Shown one piece after another: positions 1 through 9,797 of a stretch of DNA of 64,000 nt (position 1 is its first letter; every line of letters starts with the position of its first letter). Source of the stretch: Methanomassiliicoccaceae archaeon (GTDB lineage Archaea; Thermoplasmatota; Thermoplasmata; Methanomassiliicoccales; UBA472). A program made the translations under genes and the position numbers. The stretch is from positions 51,832 through 115,831 of the forward strand of contig CAVYIY010000007.1 of NCBI GenBank assembly GCA_963768775.1. The letters are read 5' to 3'. The notes beneath the pieces were generated by a model. The model did no database searches and was not told the origin of the DNA. It saw nothing but the letters and a program-made list of their open reading frames with translations.

Positions 1-452
1 AGGTCAAGCACATCGGCATGCGCGCCACCGAGCTCTACAACCCCGACACCAACGAGCTGGTGATCATCCCCAACAATGAGATCGCCAACAAGAAGATCGT
101 CAACATGATGGAGCCGGACCGCAAGCTGAAGATCATGGTCCAGGTGGATGCCGCCTACGGTTCGCCGGTGGAGAAGGTAATGGCGATATTGAAGGAGACC
201 GCCCTCGCTCACCCCAACGTACTGAAGGAGAAGGAAGTGGAACCGGTGGTCCGATTCGCGGACTTCGGCGAGTCCTCATTGACGTTCAAAACGTTCATCT
301 GGATCGATGATCTGAGCAATCGGTACAAGGTGCCCTCGGACCTCAGGACCGAGATCGAGCGCCGGTTCCGCGCCGAAGGGATAGAGATTCCGTTCCCGCA
401 ACAGGTGGTGCACTTCATCGACGAAACGGAGAAGCAGAGAGGGAAGAAGTGA
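1..452 (+). CDS. mechanosensitive ion channel (MscS family), C-terminal part; 5' end lies outside window
   Basis: Frame-3 ORF is open to the window start. The C-terminal domain pattern (VQVDAAYGSP...FADFGESSLTFKTFIWI...EIPFPQ) is typical of MscS-family channels. TGA stop at 450-452. Confidence 0.8.
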   Translation, partial: VKHIGMRATELYNPDTNELVIIPNNEIANKKIVNMMEPDRKLKIMVQVDAAYGSPVEKVMAILKETALAHPNVLKEKEVEPVVRFADFGESSLTFKTFIWIDDLSNRYKVPSDLRTEIERRFRAEGIEIPFPQQVVHFIDETEKQRGKK

Positions 453-461
453 GCGTGCCCA

Positions 462-1514
462 TCAGATCAAGCTGAGGCCAAGCTCGAGCGCATGCTTCCT
501 GGCGGCGCAGAGGCTCTCCTCGCTCACGCCCCCGCGCAGCTCCGCATGGTCGAGGGCGTGGTGCGCCGGGTGATACTGATCCATAAGGTTCACCATCGCC
601 CCCGGGGTGTTCCGCGCCAGCCAATCCAACACCGGCAGGGTGCAGCATTCCAGGTGGCCGGGGAGCATCAGGTGGCGAACGATCAGGTCCGCCTGCCTCG
701 AAGCGATGAGGTGGTTGCGCGAGACCACCTCGAGATAGCGGTCCACCTTCGACAGCCTGGAAGCGCACTGGTCGTTGCCGTACTTGAAGTCGGCGAGATA
801 GACGTCGATGACGCCATCGAGCAGCTCCATCGCCTCCAGGCTCATGTACATGTTGGAGTTCCATATCTGAGGGATGTTGGCCTTGGTCTCCCTCAGCACC
901 TGCAGGACGTAGTGCAGTGCCGGCGTCGGCTCTCCGCCCACCCAGTTCACGTTCTTCGCCATGACGGGCCAGTCGTGCACCAGGGTGACATGGAAGCCGG
1001 CCTGCCCGATCTCCGTCAGCACCTCGATGCGCCTGGCCAGGACCTCGGGCGGGATGTAGCGGCCGCATTGGGCGTCGGTGGATATATCGCTGTTCTGGCA
1101 GAACGCGCAATCGAAGTTGCAGCCGGAGAAGAATACGGTATAGGACGGATTGAGTGGCTTCTCCTCTCCGTGATGCAGGAAATGACTGGCGATGTGGGGT
1201 TCCGGCCCGACCCCGCACTTACCCGCGACCTGGGCCGAGCGGTCGGCGCCGCACTGCTTCTCGCAGAAGCGGCAACGCTTCAGCATCCGCCTCGATAGCT
1301 CCAGTTTCAGGTCGAGCAAGTTCCTGCCGCCCGCTGCCTCGAGCCCCCTTGGGCCAACCGAAGCCGATTGCACATTGATGTCCTGGTGCAACCGCCACAG
1401 CCTAGCCTCGGAAGTCCGCGGAGCAAAGTCCGCCAGAACCCCCTTGGTCCGGAGGTAATGGGGGAGCTCCCGCCCCTTGAGGATGGCATTGTACCGGCTC
1501 AATGGATCGCTCAT
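462..1514 (-). CDS. radical SAM protein, PflX-like (pyruvate formate-lyase activase homologue)
   Basis: Radical SAM cluster motif C-N-F-D-C-A-F-C-Q-N. Size and layout fit COG1313-type proteins. ATG at 1514 preferred over GTG at 1529. Confidence 0.8.
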   Translation of the reverse strand: MSDPLSRYNAILKGRELPHYLRTKGVLADFAPRTSEARLWRLHQDINVQSASVGPRGLEAAGGRNLLDLKLELSRRMLKRCRFCEKQCGADRSAQVAGKCGVGPEPHIASHFLHHGEEKPLNPSYTVFFSGCNFDCAFCQNSDISTDAQCGRYIPPEVLARRIEVLTEIGQAGFHVTLVHDWPVMAKNVNWVGGEPTPALHYVLQVLRETKANIPQIWNSNMYMSLEAMELLDGVIDVYLADFKYGNDQCASRLSKVDRYLEVVSRNHLIASRQADLIVRHLMLPGHLECCTLPVLDWLARNTPGAMVNLMDQYHPAHHALDHAELRGGVSEESLCAARKHALELGLSLI

Positions 1515-1617
1515 CGGGAATGGTAACACGACGCGGATTATATCTCTTGGCCAATGGCAGGGCGATGAGAAAGAAAATAAGGACCTGACTCACATAGACA
1601 TCCACGAATGATGGAGA

Positions 1618-2118
1618 GTGCGTAACTTGGACGTAGCCATGGCGATCCATAAGAGAAGGAGCATTCGGAAGTACAAGCAGCAGGAAATCCCCAAGGAGCT
1701 GCTGATGCAGGTGCTGGAGATGGCGCGCCTAGCCCCTTCGGGAGCGAACCGGCAGCCCTGGCAGCTGGTCGTCATCACCGATGCGGAGAAGAGGAGGACG
1801 TTGGTGCCAATCTGCAAGGAGCAGAAGTTCGTGGGCGAATGTTCGGCGTTCATCGCCGGCATCGACGATCCGGCCCAGAAATGGGCCAGGGTCGACCTGG
1901 CCATAGCGATGGAGCACATCGCCCTGGCGGCGGTGGACAAGGACCTCGGCACCTGCTGGGTCGGCGCCTTCGATCAAGAGAGGTTGCAGTCCGCCCTGGG
2001 CGTGCCCAAAGGCATGGTGATCACCGCGTGCATGGCGCTGGGATACCCGGACGAGGCACCGGAGGCGCGCGCCCGCAAGAGCATTAACGAGCTGGTGCAC
2101 TGGGAGAAGTACTCCTGA
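1618..2118 (+). CDS. nitroreductase family protein
   Basis: AIHKRRSIRKY...LAPSGANRQPW signature plus C-terminal GYPDE pattern. Start ambiguous (GTG 1618, TTG 1627, ATG 1639). Confidence 0.85.
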   Translation: MRNLDVAMAIHKRRSIRKYKQQEIPKELLMQVLEMARLAPSGANRQPWQLVVITDAEKRRTLVPICKEQKFVGECSAFIAGIDDPAQKWARVDLAIAMEHIALAAVDKDLGTCWVGAFDQERLQSALGVPKGMVITACMALGYPDEAPEARARKSINELVHWEKYS

Positions 2119-2243
2119 GCCGTTAGATGCCGTCCTATCGACCCCGACCGCTGGATTAAAGCCTGTTCAAACGTTGTAGCCCTGCAAAGGGCATTGTTCT
2201 CCGTTCCCAGCCCCGGAAACCAGGAAACGGCAGGTGATCGTTG

Positions 2244-3719
2244 ATGGACGATGGACTGCCTGCCGCCGAGCAGAAACGTGGGGAGGGGGGCCGCTGGAAG
2301 CCATACCATATCGCTTGGCTCTGGCTCTTCATGGCCTGGATGATGCTTTACATCGACCGCAGCATCACCGGGCCCGTGGTCTCGTGGATGATAGACAACA
2401 ATGTCTCCTTCCTGGCTTCTGCGCCGATGCCCCATGCCCTCGGCGGCATCATCGGCTCCATGTTCTTCGCTGGATACATGCTCACCCAGTTCCCCGCCGG
2501 CTATCTGGGTGACAAGTTCGGGAACAAGGCCTTGATCGTGATCAGCCTGGCCTGGTCGGCGATCACCACGTTCCTCAGCGGTCTGGCCAGGGACCTGCAG
2601 ATCTTCGTTTCCCTCCGCATCCTGACCGGCCTGGGGGAGGGTGCCTACTACTCGAACGACCGGGCGATGGTATACGCGATCACTCCGGCAGAGAAGCGCG
2701 GCTTGGGCATGGGGATCGTCTTCGCCGGATTGGCCGCCGGGCTGACCATTGCGACACTGTTCACCCCCTGGCTGCTCGATTCCGTCAGCCTGTGGATGGG
2801 GAAGGGGTCGGCGTGGTCGTTTCCGTTCCTGATCTTCTCCCTCCCGACGCTCCTGGTCTGCCTGGCCCTCTGGCGCTTCGTCGGGGAGAAGGTAGAGAAG
2901 GGAACGCTCGCCAGGGCCGGCGGCAGGTTGCTGCTCTATTCCGCCTTGTTCCTCATCGTCCTCGTCGCCACCTACATCGTTTCCGTGGACCTTGGCCTCG
3001 GAGCGATCTTCCAGGCCTGCGCCGTGCTTCTGGCTGCCGTCGGCCTGATCGCGATCATCTACTCGCGCCTGAGGATGGTATGCGGGCCAGTGCTGCGCGA
3101 CCGACGCCTGGTCCTGATGTACATCTCGGCCATACCGCTGCTGTACACCCTCTGGTTCTTCGGGTTCTGGGCGCTACTGGTGGTATCGGAGGCGACAAGG
3201 CTCGGCCTGTCCGGTGCGGCGGTCTACGCCGCCCTGTTCGGCGTCGCCAGCGGATCGGCTACCCCGCCGGCGGCAAGATCTACGACGCCGCGATGCGGCA
3301 TCACATCGCGCCGAGATGGGTGTACTCGGTGCTCTGCCTACGGTCGTGGTCGCTGGTCTTCATCGTCGCGCTCATGACGTATCACGCCGCTGAGAACGTG
3401 CTGCTGCTCGGCCTGCTCATCTTCCTCATCGGCGTGTTCTTCGCGGCCGCCCAGACCGCCCATATGACGTTCACCAGCGAGCTGGCGCCTGCCGGCATGG
3501 CTGGCCAGACATTCGGCATGTGGAACCTGGTGGCGGAGGTAGGCGCGGTCATCTCGCCCGTCCTTTCCGGAGCGCTGCAGAGACCTTACCGGAGACTGGA
3601 CCGCGGCCATCGCGCTCAACGGCTTCCTCCTGCTCGCAAGCGCGGCATTAGTGCTCTTCGTCCGCGCTCCGCGCGAGGCCACCGGACACCGAAGCCATTT
3701 TGTGCGCACTCAGCATTGA
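2244..3719 (+). pseudogene. MFS transporter; reading frame broken twice (about 3250 and about 3581)
   Basis: Multi-TM hydrophobic pattern with an MFS loop motif (FPAGYLGDKFGNK). Readable in frame 3 to about 3250, frame 2 to about 3580, then frame 3 again (LTGDWTAAIALNGFLLLASAALVLFV) to TGA 3717-3719. Confidence 0.75.
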
Positions 3720-3727
3720 TATCTCCG

Positions 3728-4477
3728 ATGATTCTGAGCGCTTTCGGCGACGTCCATTGGAAGGATGGCATCGGCCGGCTGCGCGATGCCCGGGAGATGT
3801 TCGGTCGCTGCGACCTTGTCCTTCTGGCCGGGGATGTCACCGACAGCAACAACCTTGATGGCTACGGCGAAGTGATCGGGGCGATCAAGGAGATGAGCGA
3901 TGCGGACATCGTGGCGGTCTTCGGGAACGAGGAGTACGACGCCTCCCACGCCGACTACCGGCAGCGCTTCCGCATCACCTTCTTGGAGGACGAGGTGAAG
4001 GACTTCGTGGTCGAAGGGGTGAAGCTACGCATCGTCGGGAGCACCGGCTCCCTGGACCGCCCGACCTGGTGGCAGCGCAACAACGTGCCGGACATCTGGA
4101 GACGCTACAAGGAGAGGGTCAACAAGGTGGGCGCCATCCTGGAGCGAGGGGACGCCGACGTGCTCATCCTCCTCACCCACTATGCTACGACGTATGCCAC
4201 ATTGGAAGGGGAGAAGGAGCACGCCTTCGCGGAGATGGGTTCGAACCTGTTCGAGCAGGTGGTGCTGGAGAAGCATCCGGACCTGGTGATCCACGCTCAC
4301 GCCCACAACGGCAAGAGGCATGCGCTCCTGTCCAAGAAGCAGCGCAGCCTGGAGAACTTCAAGTCATCGGAGGCAGAGGTGCCGGTGTACAATGTATCGA
4401 TACCTGCAAATCATGGCCCGACGTTCTTCGAGATAGAAGGAGGGGACGACGGTGTGCGCATTCGTTGCCTGCCATGA
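3728..4477 (+). CDS. metallophosphoesterase (calcineurin-like)
   Basis: Motifs GDVH, LLAGDVTD, FGNEEYD, LLTHYA and HAHAHNG appear in canonical order. ATG at 3728 lies inside the long chimeric track ORF 2792..4477. Confidence 0.8.
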   Translation: MILSAFGDVHWKDGIGRLRDAREMFGRCDLVLLAGDVTDSNNLDGYGEVIGAIKEMSDADIVAVFGNEEYDASHADYRQRFRITFLEDEVKDFVVEGVKLRIVGSTGSLDRPTWWQRNNVPDIWRRYKERVNKVGAILERGDADVLILLTHYATTYATLEGEKEHAFAEMGSNLFEQVVLEKHPDLVIHAHAHNGKRHALLSKKQRSLENFKSSEAEVPVYNVSIPANHGPTFFEIEGGDDGVRIRCLP

Positions 4478-5423
4478 GGACGTGGACCTGAACCGGCTGA
4501 TATTCGAGGCAACTTCGCAGATACCCGAGGGAATGGTCTCGACGTATGGCGACATCGCCAGGGGATTGGGGGACGTCAGGGCGTCTAGGGCGGTCGGGAC
4601 GGTCCTGGCCAGGAATCCCACGCCGATAGTGGTACCTTGCCATCGCGTCGTCTATGGGGACGGCAGGACCGGCTGGTATAACGGTCAAGGGAAGGGAGCG
4701 GAGAGGAAGATGGAGCTGCTCCGGTCCGAAGGGGTGAGGATCGCCGACGGCCGGGTCGAGGATTTCGAGCAGGTGCATTTCAAGAGCTTCAAGATCCCAT
4801 CGATATTGAGGGAATTGGCAGAAGAGCAGGAGCGGCTGCGGGCCTTGATCTCCGAGGGCGACGACTTCACCGGCCCGGAGTACGTGGCCGGCCTGGATGT
4901 CGCCTATCAAGGCATCGTCGGCCATGCCAGCTTGGTCAAGATGAGGCTGAAGGACCTCAAGGTAGTGGAAGAGCGGGATTTCAGCGCTGAGGCCAAATTC
5001 CCTTACGTCCCTTCGTACCTGAGCTACCGCGAGATGCCGCTGCTCAGAAAGCTGATCGACCGCGACGATCGGACCGTCTACCTCATAGATGGGCAGGGGC
5101 GGCTCCACCCAAGAGGCTTCGGAATAGCTTGCCAGGTGGGAGTATGCCTGGACGTCCCCACCGTCGGTGCGGCCAAGAGCCTGCTCCAAGGCAAGGTCGA
5201 GGGGGATGGGCGCAGAGCGCCGGTCCGATTGAACGGCCGGTTCGTTGGCTATCAAATTCACCCCAATGGAAGGACGAGAACGTACGTGTCGGTCGGGAAC
5301 CGGGTTTCGCTGGAGACGGCGGCCGACCTCTGTGACAGGCTCATGATAAAAGGCGCGCCGGAGCCGCTCCGTTTGGCGCATATGCGTTGCGGGGAGAACG
5401 CCAGGAAGGCGAAAGAGGGATAG
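4452..5423 (+). CDS. fusion protein: O6-alkylguanine-DNA alkyltransferase-like domain + endonuclease V
   Basis: N-terminal AGT DNA-binding domain with active-site motif P-C-H-R-V-V. C-terminal EndoV pattern (GLDVAY...YVPSYLSYRE...IDGQGRLHPRGFGIA...GAAKS). Ends TAG, with a second in-frame TAG two codons later. Confidence 0.8.
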   Translation: MCAFVACHEDVDLNRLIFEATSQIPEGMVSTYGDIARGLGDVRASRAVGTVLARNPTPIVVPCHRVVYGDGRTGWYNGQGKGAERKMELLRSEGVRIADGRVEDFEQVHFKSFKIPSILRELAEEQERLRALISEGDDFTGPEYVAGLDVAYQGIVGHASLVKMRLKDLKVVEERDFSAEAKFPYVPSYLSYREMPLLRKLIDRDDRTVYLIDGQGRLHPRGFGIACQVGVCLDVPTVGAAKSLLQGKVEGDGRRAPVRLNGRFVGYQIHPNGRTRTYVSVGNRVSLETAADLCDRLMIKGAPEPLRLAHMRCGENARKAKEG

Positions 5424-5431
5424 GGCTAGCA

Positions 5432-6335
5432 ATGCGCGTCTTGATCTTCGGGGCGGGAGCCCTAGGCAGCGTCATCGGAGGCCTTTTGTCGAAAGGGCAC
5501 GAGGTGCACTTGGTCACCAGGCCAGGACATGCCCAGGCAATCAGGGAGCGGGGGCTGAGGATCGAGGGTGTCTTGAATGGCGTTTTCTCGCTGGCAACGC
5601 ATATCGACATGGAGGACGTCCCTCAGCCGGACGCCATCTTCGTAACGGTCAAGGCCTACGATACCAAGGTAGCATTGGAAGCACTGGCGCCAATGGCCAG
5701 GGGAGCGAGGATGGTGGTCTCGCTGCAGAACGGGCTGACCAACCTGGAGCTGTTCCGGGCCGCCCTTCCAGACAAGGCGGTGATGGGTGTCACCTCCATG
5801 GGAGCTACCTTGGTCGGGCCGGGCTTGGTCCGCTACGCCGGAAAAGGGGATACGTTATTCGGGCATTTGGAGAATAGCGCCGAGCTGTCGAGGGAGGCTG
5901 CGGACCTGTTCATCAAGGCCGGCCTGGCCGCCAGATCCGACGCCAACATCGAAAGGGAACTGTGGATGAAGGGGATAATCAACGCCTCGATCAACCCCTT
6001 GACCGCGATCCTGGGATGCCCGAACGGAGAGCTGCTCGAGGACGAGGAAGTGCTCGCCATTTCACACCTGGCCTGCCGGGAAGGGGTAGCTGTGGCCGAA
6101 GGGATCGGCATGCGGATGCCGCCAGGGAAACCCCTTCACAAAGGTGAAGGAGGTCATGAGGACGACCGCTCAGAACCGCTCATCCATGCTGCAGGACCTA
6201 GAGCGCGGAAAGCGCACGGAGATCGACGAGATAAGCGGCGAGATCGTGAGACTGGCCGGACCGCTGGGAATCACGGTCCCGGTGAACCGGACCCTGTGGG
6301 CGCTGATAAGAGGCTTGGAGAAGCGAGCGCCATAG
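5432..6335 (+). pseudogene. panE: 2-dehydropantoate 2-reductase (ketopantoate reductase); one +1 frameshift near 6126-6137
   Basis: N-terminal MRVLIFGAGALGS Rossmann motif. The canonical C-terminus (TAQNRSSMLQDLERGKRTEIDEISGEIV) is in frame 3 (track ORF 6144..6335). The break sits at the run ggg-aaa-cccc. Confidence 0.75.
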
Positions 6336-6461
6336 AGCCATGCGCTCAGTGGAAGGCTTTCGCCTCCCTCCAAAGAAGCTTCTCCTTTCGCCATCCAGCA
6401 ACGAGTCCATTGGAATGCAAATCATTAAGGCTTGAAGTACGGTTTTTGATTTTGTGATGAA

Positions 6462-7103
6462 ATGGTAGATGTCAAGATGCTTGCCAAGAGAGCGCTCGAG
6501 TACAAAGAGAGGGGCTTGAACGAGAGGGAGATCGGGGATGAGCTGCACCTTTCTATCGACACCGTCCGCTATCTTTTGGAGGAGGGGCTGGAGGGCATGC
6601 TCCCACCAAGCGACATCAAGATCGGCTGGCGTAGCATTGGGGTGTTCGGCAGTCGCATCGCCATGATGAGCGAGATACTCGCGGACATCGTCGTTGAGGA
6701 GGTCGCCAAGAGCGAAGAGGATGTAGACGTCGTCATGGGCATCGCCGTCAACGGCGTGAGCTTCGCCACCTTCGTGTCGGAGATGCTGGATGCGGAACTG
6801 GCGATCTACAAGCCTTCGATAGACCAGGGGAAGATGGGTGGCTCCATCAGCGGGAATTATGCCGACGTGAAAGGAAAGAACGTCGTCATCATCGACGATG
6901 TGCTTTCCACCGGGATGACGGCGCAGGAGGCGATCAAGGACGTTCGCGCGGCCGGGGGGAAGCCGGTCCTGATGCTGGTGATCATCAACAAGAGCAGCCA
7001 GAACGAGGTGGATCAAGTCCCGCTGCGCGGCATCATCCGGGCCCGGTCCATGGGCGGGACCATATTGGGCGGGGGGCCGCTGAGATCATTTCCGTACAAG
7101 TGA
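6462..7103 (+). CDS. PyrE-like phosphoribosyltransferase with N-terminal HTH (GfcR-type regulator family)
   Basis: N-terminal HTH-like segment (GLNEREIGDELHLSIDTVRYLL) followed by a PRTase fold with PRPP loop VVIIDDVLSTGMT. Confidence 0.7.
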   Translation: MVDVKMLAKRALEYKERGLNEREIGDELHLSIDTVRYLLEEGLEGMLPPSDIKIGWRSIGVFGSRIAMMSEILADIVVEEVAKSEEDVDVVMGIAVNGVSFATFVSEMLDAELAIYKPSIDQGKMGGSISGNYADVKGKNVVIIDDVLSTGMTAQEAIKDVRAAGGKPVLMLVIINKSSQNEVDQVPLRGIIRARSMGGTILGGGPLRSFPYK

Positions 7104-7112
7104 ACGATAACC

Positions 7113-7556
7113 ATGACCGATGTTTGGGATAGGGACCCCAGTCCCTTGACGGAGGATGACCGGCGGAAGATTTTGAGCCGGATCCACTCCTTGCTATTCT
7201 GGCTCGGCAAGTCGATACCGGAAGAGGAGCTCTTGGAGGGAGTGAAGGTCCCGCTTCGGGAGGTCATCTTTCGCTTCATCATCAACGAACACCCAACCGG
7301 GGAGGAGGTGCAGGGGGCGATGGATCTTGCGGATACCTTGGAGGCCAAGGCCCGGCAACTGGAAAAGCAGTTGCATGAAAATCATCTCAGCAGAGGGGAG
7401 GCCCACATCATCCTCGACGAGATCTGCGGACTGCTCCGGGCGGTGGACGATATCCGCAAAGCAAGGGGGGCGAGCGCGCCGGTCAAGGCGAAGGCGGTAA
7501 TGAACCGGGTCCAGGATGAACGCCGCTGGCTGACCTTCGTGAAGAAGGTCTCCTGA
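7113..7556 (+). CDS. conserved hypothetical protein
   Basis: Clean 147-aa ORF starting 9 nt after the previous stop. Coding-like composition. No motif I can name. Confidence 0.55.
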   Translation: MTDVWDRDPSPLTEDDRRKILSRIHSLLFWLGKSIPEEELLEGVKVPLREVIFRFIINEHPTGEEVQGAMDLADTLEAKARQLEKQLHENHLSRGEAHIILDEICGLLRAVDDIRKARGASAPVKAKAVMNRVQDERRWLTFVKKVS

Positions 7557-7615
7557 TTCTGCCGGATTGCCAATTCTGCACCCTTGCGTGCATCTGGTTT
7601 CGCTTTCTCGGAAAT

Positions 7616-7630
7616 CTTATATAATATATT
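7616..7630 (+). promoter_or_regulatory. candidate archaeal TATA box for the Lrp-lysine operon
   Basis: cttatataatatatt lies in an AT-rich gap about 65 nt upstream of the Lrp ATG (7690). It is the only AT-rich element upstream of the seven-gene block. Confidence 0.45.
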
Positions 7631-7689
7631 CCGTTTATCCTTAGAATCTGTACGAAAAGTGAGGAATATTTCCAAAAGGGCGGGATTAC

Positions 7690-8112
7690 ATGATCGACCA
7701 TCTTGACGAACGCATAATAGAGATAATGAAGAAGGATTCCAGGCGGCCATTTGTGGAGATCGCCGATGAACTGAAAGTCTCGGAGGGTACCATCCGCAGT
7801 CGGGTCCGGAAACTCTTTGGAGAAGGGGTCATTCAAAGCTTCACCATCAAGACCAGCAGCAAGAACGTGAAGGCGATCATAGAGGTGAAGATAGACGTGA
7901 ACGTCAATACTTCGGAGGTAGCGAGCTCGATTGCGAAATTCGATGGCGTCTCTGAGGTTTTCGAAGTCACGGGGGAAGAGGACATCGTGGCGATAATCGA
8001 CGTCACCTCCTCTCCGCAATTGAACGAGATAATCGAGAGGATCCGCCGTTTCGACAACGTGCAGTCGACCCGCACGCGCCTGATCCTAAAAGAGCACTTT
8101 GGAGGCGAGTAG
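7690..8112 (+). CDS. Lrp/AsnC family transcriptional regulator
   Basis: HTH (RRPFVEIADELKVSEGTIRSRVRKL) plus a C-terminal RAM/ACT-like domain. Its TAG stop abuts the dapA ATG. Confidence 0.9.
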   Translation: MIDHLDERIIEIMKKDSRRPFVEIADELKVSEGTIRSRVRKLFGEGVIQSFTIKTSSKNVKAIIEVKIDVNVNTSEVASSIAKFDGVSEVFEVTGEEDIVAIIDVTSSPQLNEIIERIRRFDNVQSTRTRLILKEHFGGE

Positions 8113-8991
8113 ATGATTCAGGGATGCGCGACAGCGCTGGTAACCCCCTTCAATGCGAAGGGAGAGCTTGACGAGGAAGGCCTTCGGGAACTGGTTTCCC
8201 TGCAGGAGAAGGCCGGCATCGACTACATCGTGCCATGCGGCACCACTGGTGAATCGGCCACTATGACGCACAAGGAGCACCTGAGGGTCATCGAGATCGT
8301 GCTCGACCAGGTTAAGAGGGCCCAGGTGATCGCTGGCGCAGGGAGCAACTCGACCCAGGAAGCGATCCAGCTTACAAAGGGCGCCAAGGACATGGGAGCG
8401 AAGGCCATACTCTCGATCTCGCCCTACTACAACAAGCCGACCCAGAAGGGCATCGTGAGGCACTACGAAACCATAGCGGACGCGGCGGACATCCCCATAA
8501 TCGTCTACAACGTCCCGGGCAGGACCGGTTCCAACCTCCTCCCCAGCACGGTCTTGAAGTTGTCCGGCCACTCCAACATCGTCGGGGTCAAGGAGGCCAG
8601 CGGCAACATCGGACAGATAATGGCGATACTGGCGAACGCCCCCAAGGGCTTCAGCGTGATGTCGGGCGACGACGCAATGACCTTCCCGATCATGTCCCTC
8701 GGCGGGAATGGCGTGATTTCGGTGGCGTCGAATGTTGCGCCAAGGGAGGTATGCACCATGGTCCACGCCGCACTGGATGGGAATTGGAGCGAAGCGAGGA
8801 AGCAGCATTTCCATCTGCTCGACCTGTTCAACAACCTGTTCGTGGAGACCAACCCGATCCCGGTGAAGACCGCCCTGAGACTGATGGGCAGGCCCGCGGG
8901 GACGTTCCGGCTTCCGCTGTGCGAGATGGAGCCAGGTAACCTGGAGATCCTGAAGAAGACCTTGGCCCAGATCGGGCTGGTCCCCAAGTAG
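8113..8991 (+). CDS. dapA: 4-hydroxy-tetrahydrodipicolinate synthase
   Basis: ALVTPF...GTTGES...YNKPTQ...YNVPGRTG...GVKEASG pattern of DapA. Confidence 0.9.
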   Translation: MIQGCATALVTPFNAKGELDEEGLRELVSLQEKAGIDYIVPCGTTGESATMTHKEHLRVIEIVLDQVKRAQVIAGAGSNSTQEAIQLTKGAKDMGAKAILSISPYYNKPTQKGIVRHYETIADAADIPIIVYNVPGRTGSNLLPSTVLKLSGHSNIVGVKEASGNIGQIMAILANAPKGFSVMSGDDAMTFPIMSLGGNGVISVASNVAPREVCTMVHAALDGNWSEARKQHFHLLDLFNNLFVETNPIPVKTALRLMGRPAGTFRLPLCEMEPGNLEILKKTLAQIGLVPK

Positions 8992-9017
8992 GGACGAGGC
9001 CCAATGAAGGTGATAAG

Positions 9018-9797
9018 TTGATCCGAGTAGTAGTAGGAGGGGCCACCGGCCGCCTGGGCTCCCTGATATGCAATAGCGTCAGGCAGCAGAAGGACATGCA
9101 ACTGGTGGGCGGAATCGTCTCGGAGGCGGGAGGGCACGCCGGGAGGGAGATAGTCCCAGGGGTCCTCGCTTTCGGAGCGGACGACCTCATCAAGGTGCTG
9201 GAGGAGGCGGACGTCTATCTGGACGCGACCAGCGCCACCGCGGCCGAGAGGAACCTATTGAAGGTCCCCAGCCTGGGAGTCAACTGCGTGGTCGGCACAA
9301 CCGGCCTCTCGGATGACCTGCTAAAGCGCTTCGAGGCGCAGGTGGCAGAGAACAACGTCTCGGCGATCGTGTCCCCCAATTTCTCGGTCGGGGTGAACGT
9401 CTTCTGGAAGATGTGCGGCGTGCTCGCCGCCGTGCTGGAGGACTACGACGTGGAGATCATCGAGACCCATCACGACAAGAAGAAGGACGCTCCGTCCGGG
9501 ACGGCCCTCAAGGCGGCGCAGATCGTGTCCGAGGTCACCGGGATAGAGAAGATGATCTACGGAAGATCCGGCGTGACTGGGGCGAGGGGCAGGGAGATCG
9601 GGATCCACTCGGTCAGAGCGGGCGACGTGGTCGGCGAGCATACCATAATCTTTGCCGGCAACAAGGAGCGCATCGAGCTCACCCATCGGGCCCATTCCCG
9701 GGAGGCATTCGCGGAAGGGGCGGTGACCGCCATCCGTTGGATTTCGGCTAGGAAGGACAGCAAGGTCCACTCGATGGCTGAGGTGTTGGGACTTTGA
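9018..9797 (+). CDS. dapB: 4-hydroxy-tetrahydrodipicolinate reductase
   Basis: GATGRLG nucleotide loop, EIIETHHDKKKDAPSGTA signature. TTG start. 4-nt overlap with lysC. Confidence 0.9.
   Translation: MIRVVVGGATGRLGSLICNSVRQQKDMQLVGGIVSEAGGHAGREIVPGVLAFGADDLIKVLEEADVYLDATSATAAERNLLKVPSLGVNCVVGTTGLSDDLLKRFEAQVAENNVSAIVSPNFSVGVNVFWKMCGVLAAVLEDYDVEIIETHHDKKKDAPSGTALKAAQIVSEVTGIEKMIYGRSGVTGARGREIGIHSVRAGDVVGEHTIIFAGNKERIELTHRAHSREAFAEGAVTAIRWISARKDSKVHSMAEVLGL

Noticed and set aside
415-1298. Long ORFs on both strands overlapping the PflX-like radical SAM gene. The same pattern occurs at 10825..12129, 13043..14428, 15680..16645, 26937..28187, 39085..40299 and 43061..43543, among others.
   Set aside because: They have Arg/Gly/Pro/His-rich, low-complexity composition typical of shadow ORFs in high-GC DNA. 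Each overlaps a gene with clear family motifs on the other strand or frame.
2792-4477. 561-aa ORF in the track that looks like a single large protein
   Set aside because: It is a chimera. Its first part is out-of-frame read-through of the MFS gene, the middle (about 3250-3580) is the true MFS frame after a frameshift, and from ATG 3728 it is a separate metallophosphoesterase. The MFS C-terminus is in another frame, ending at 3719.
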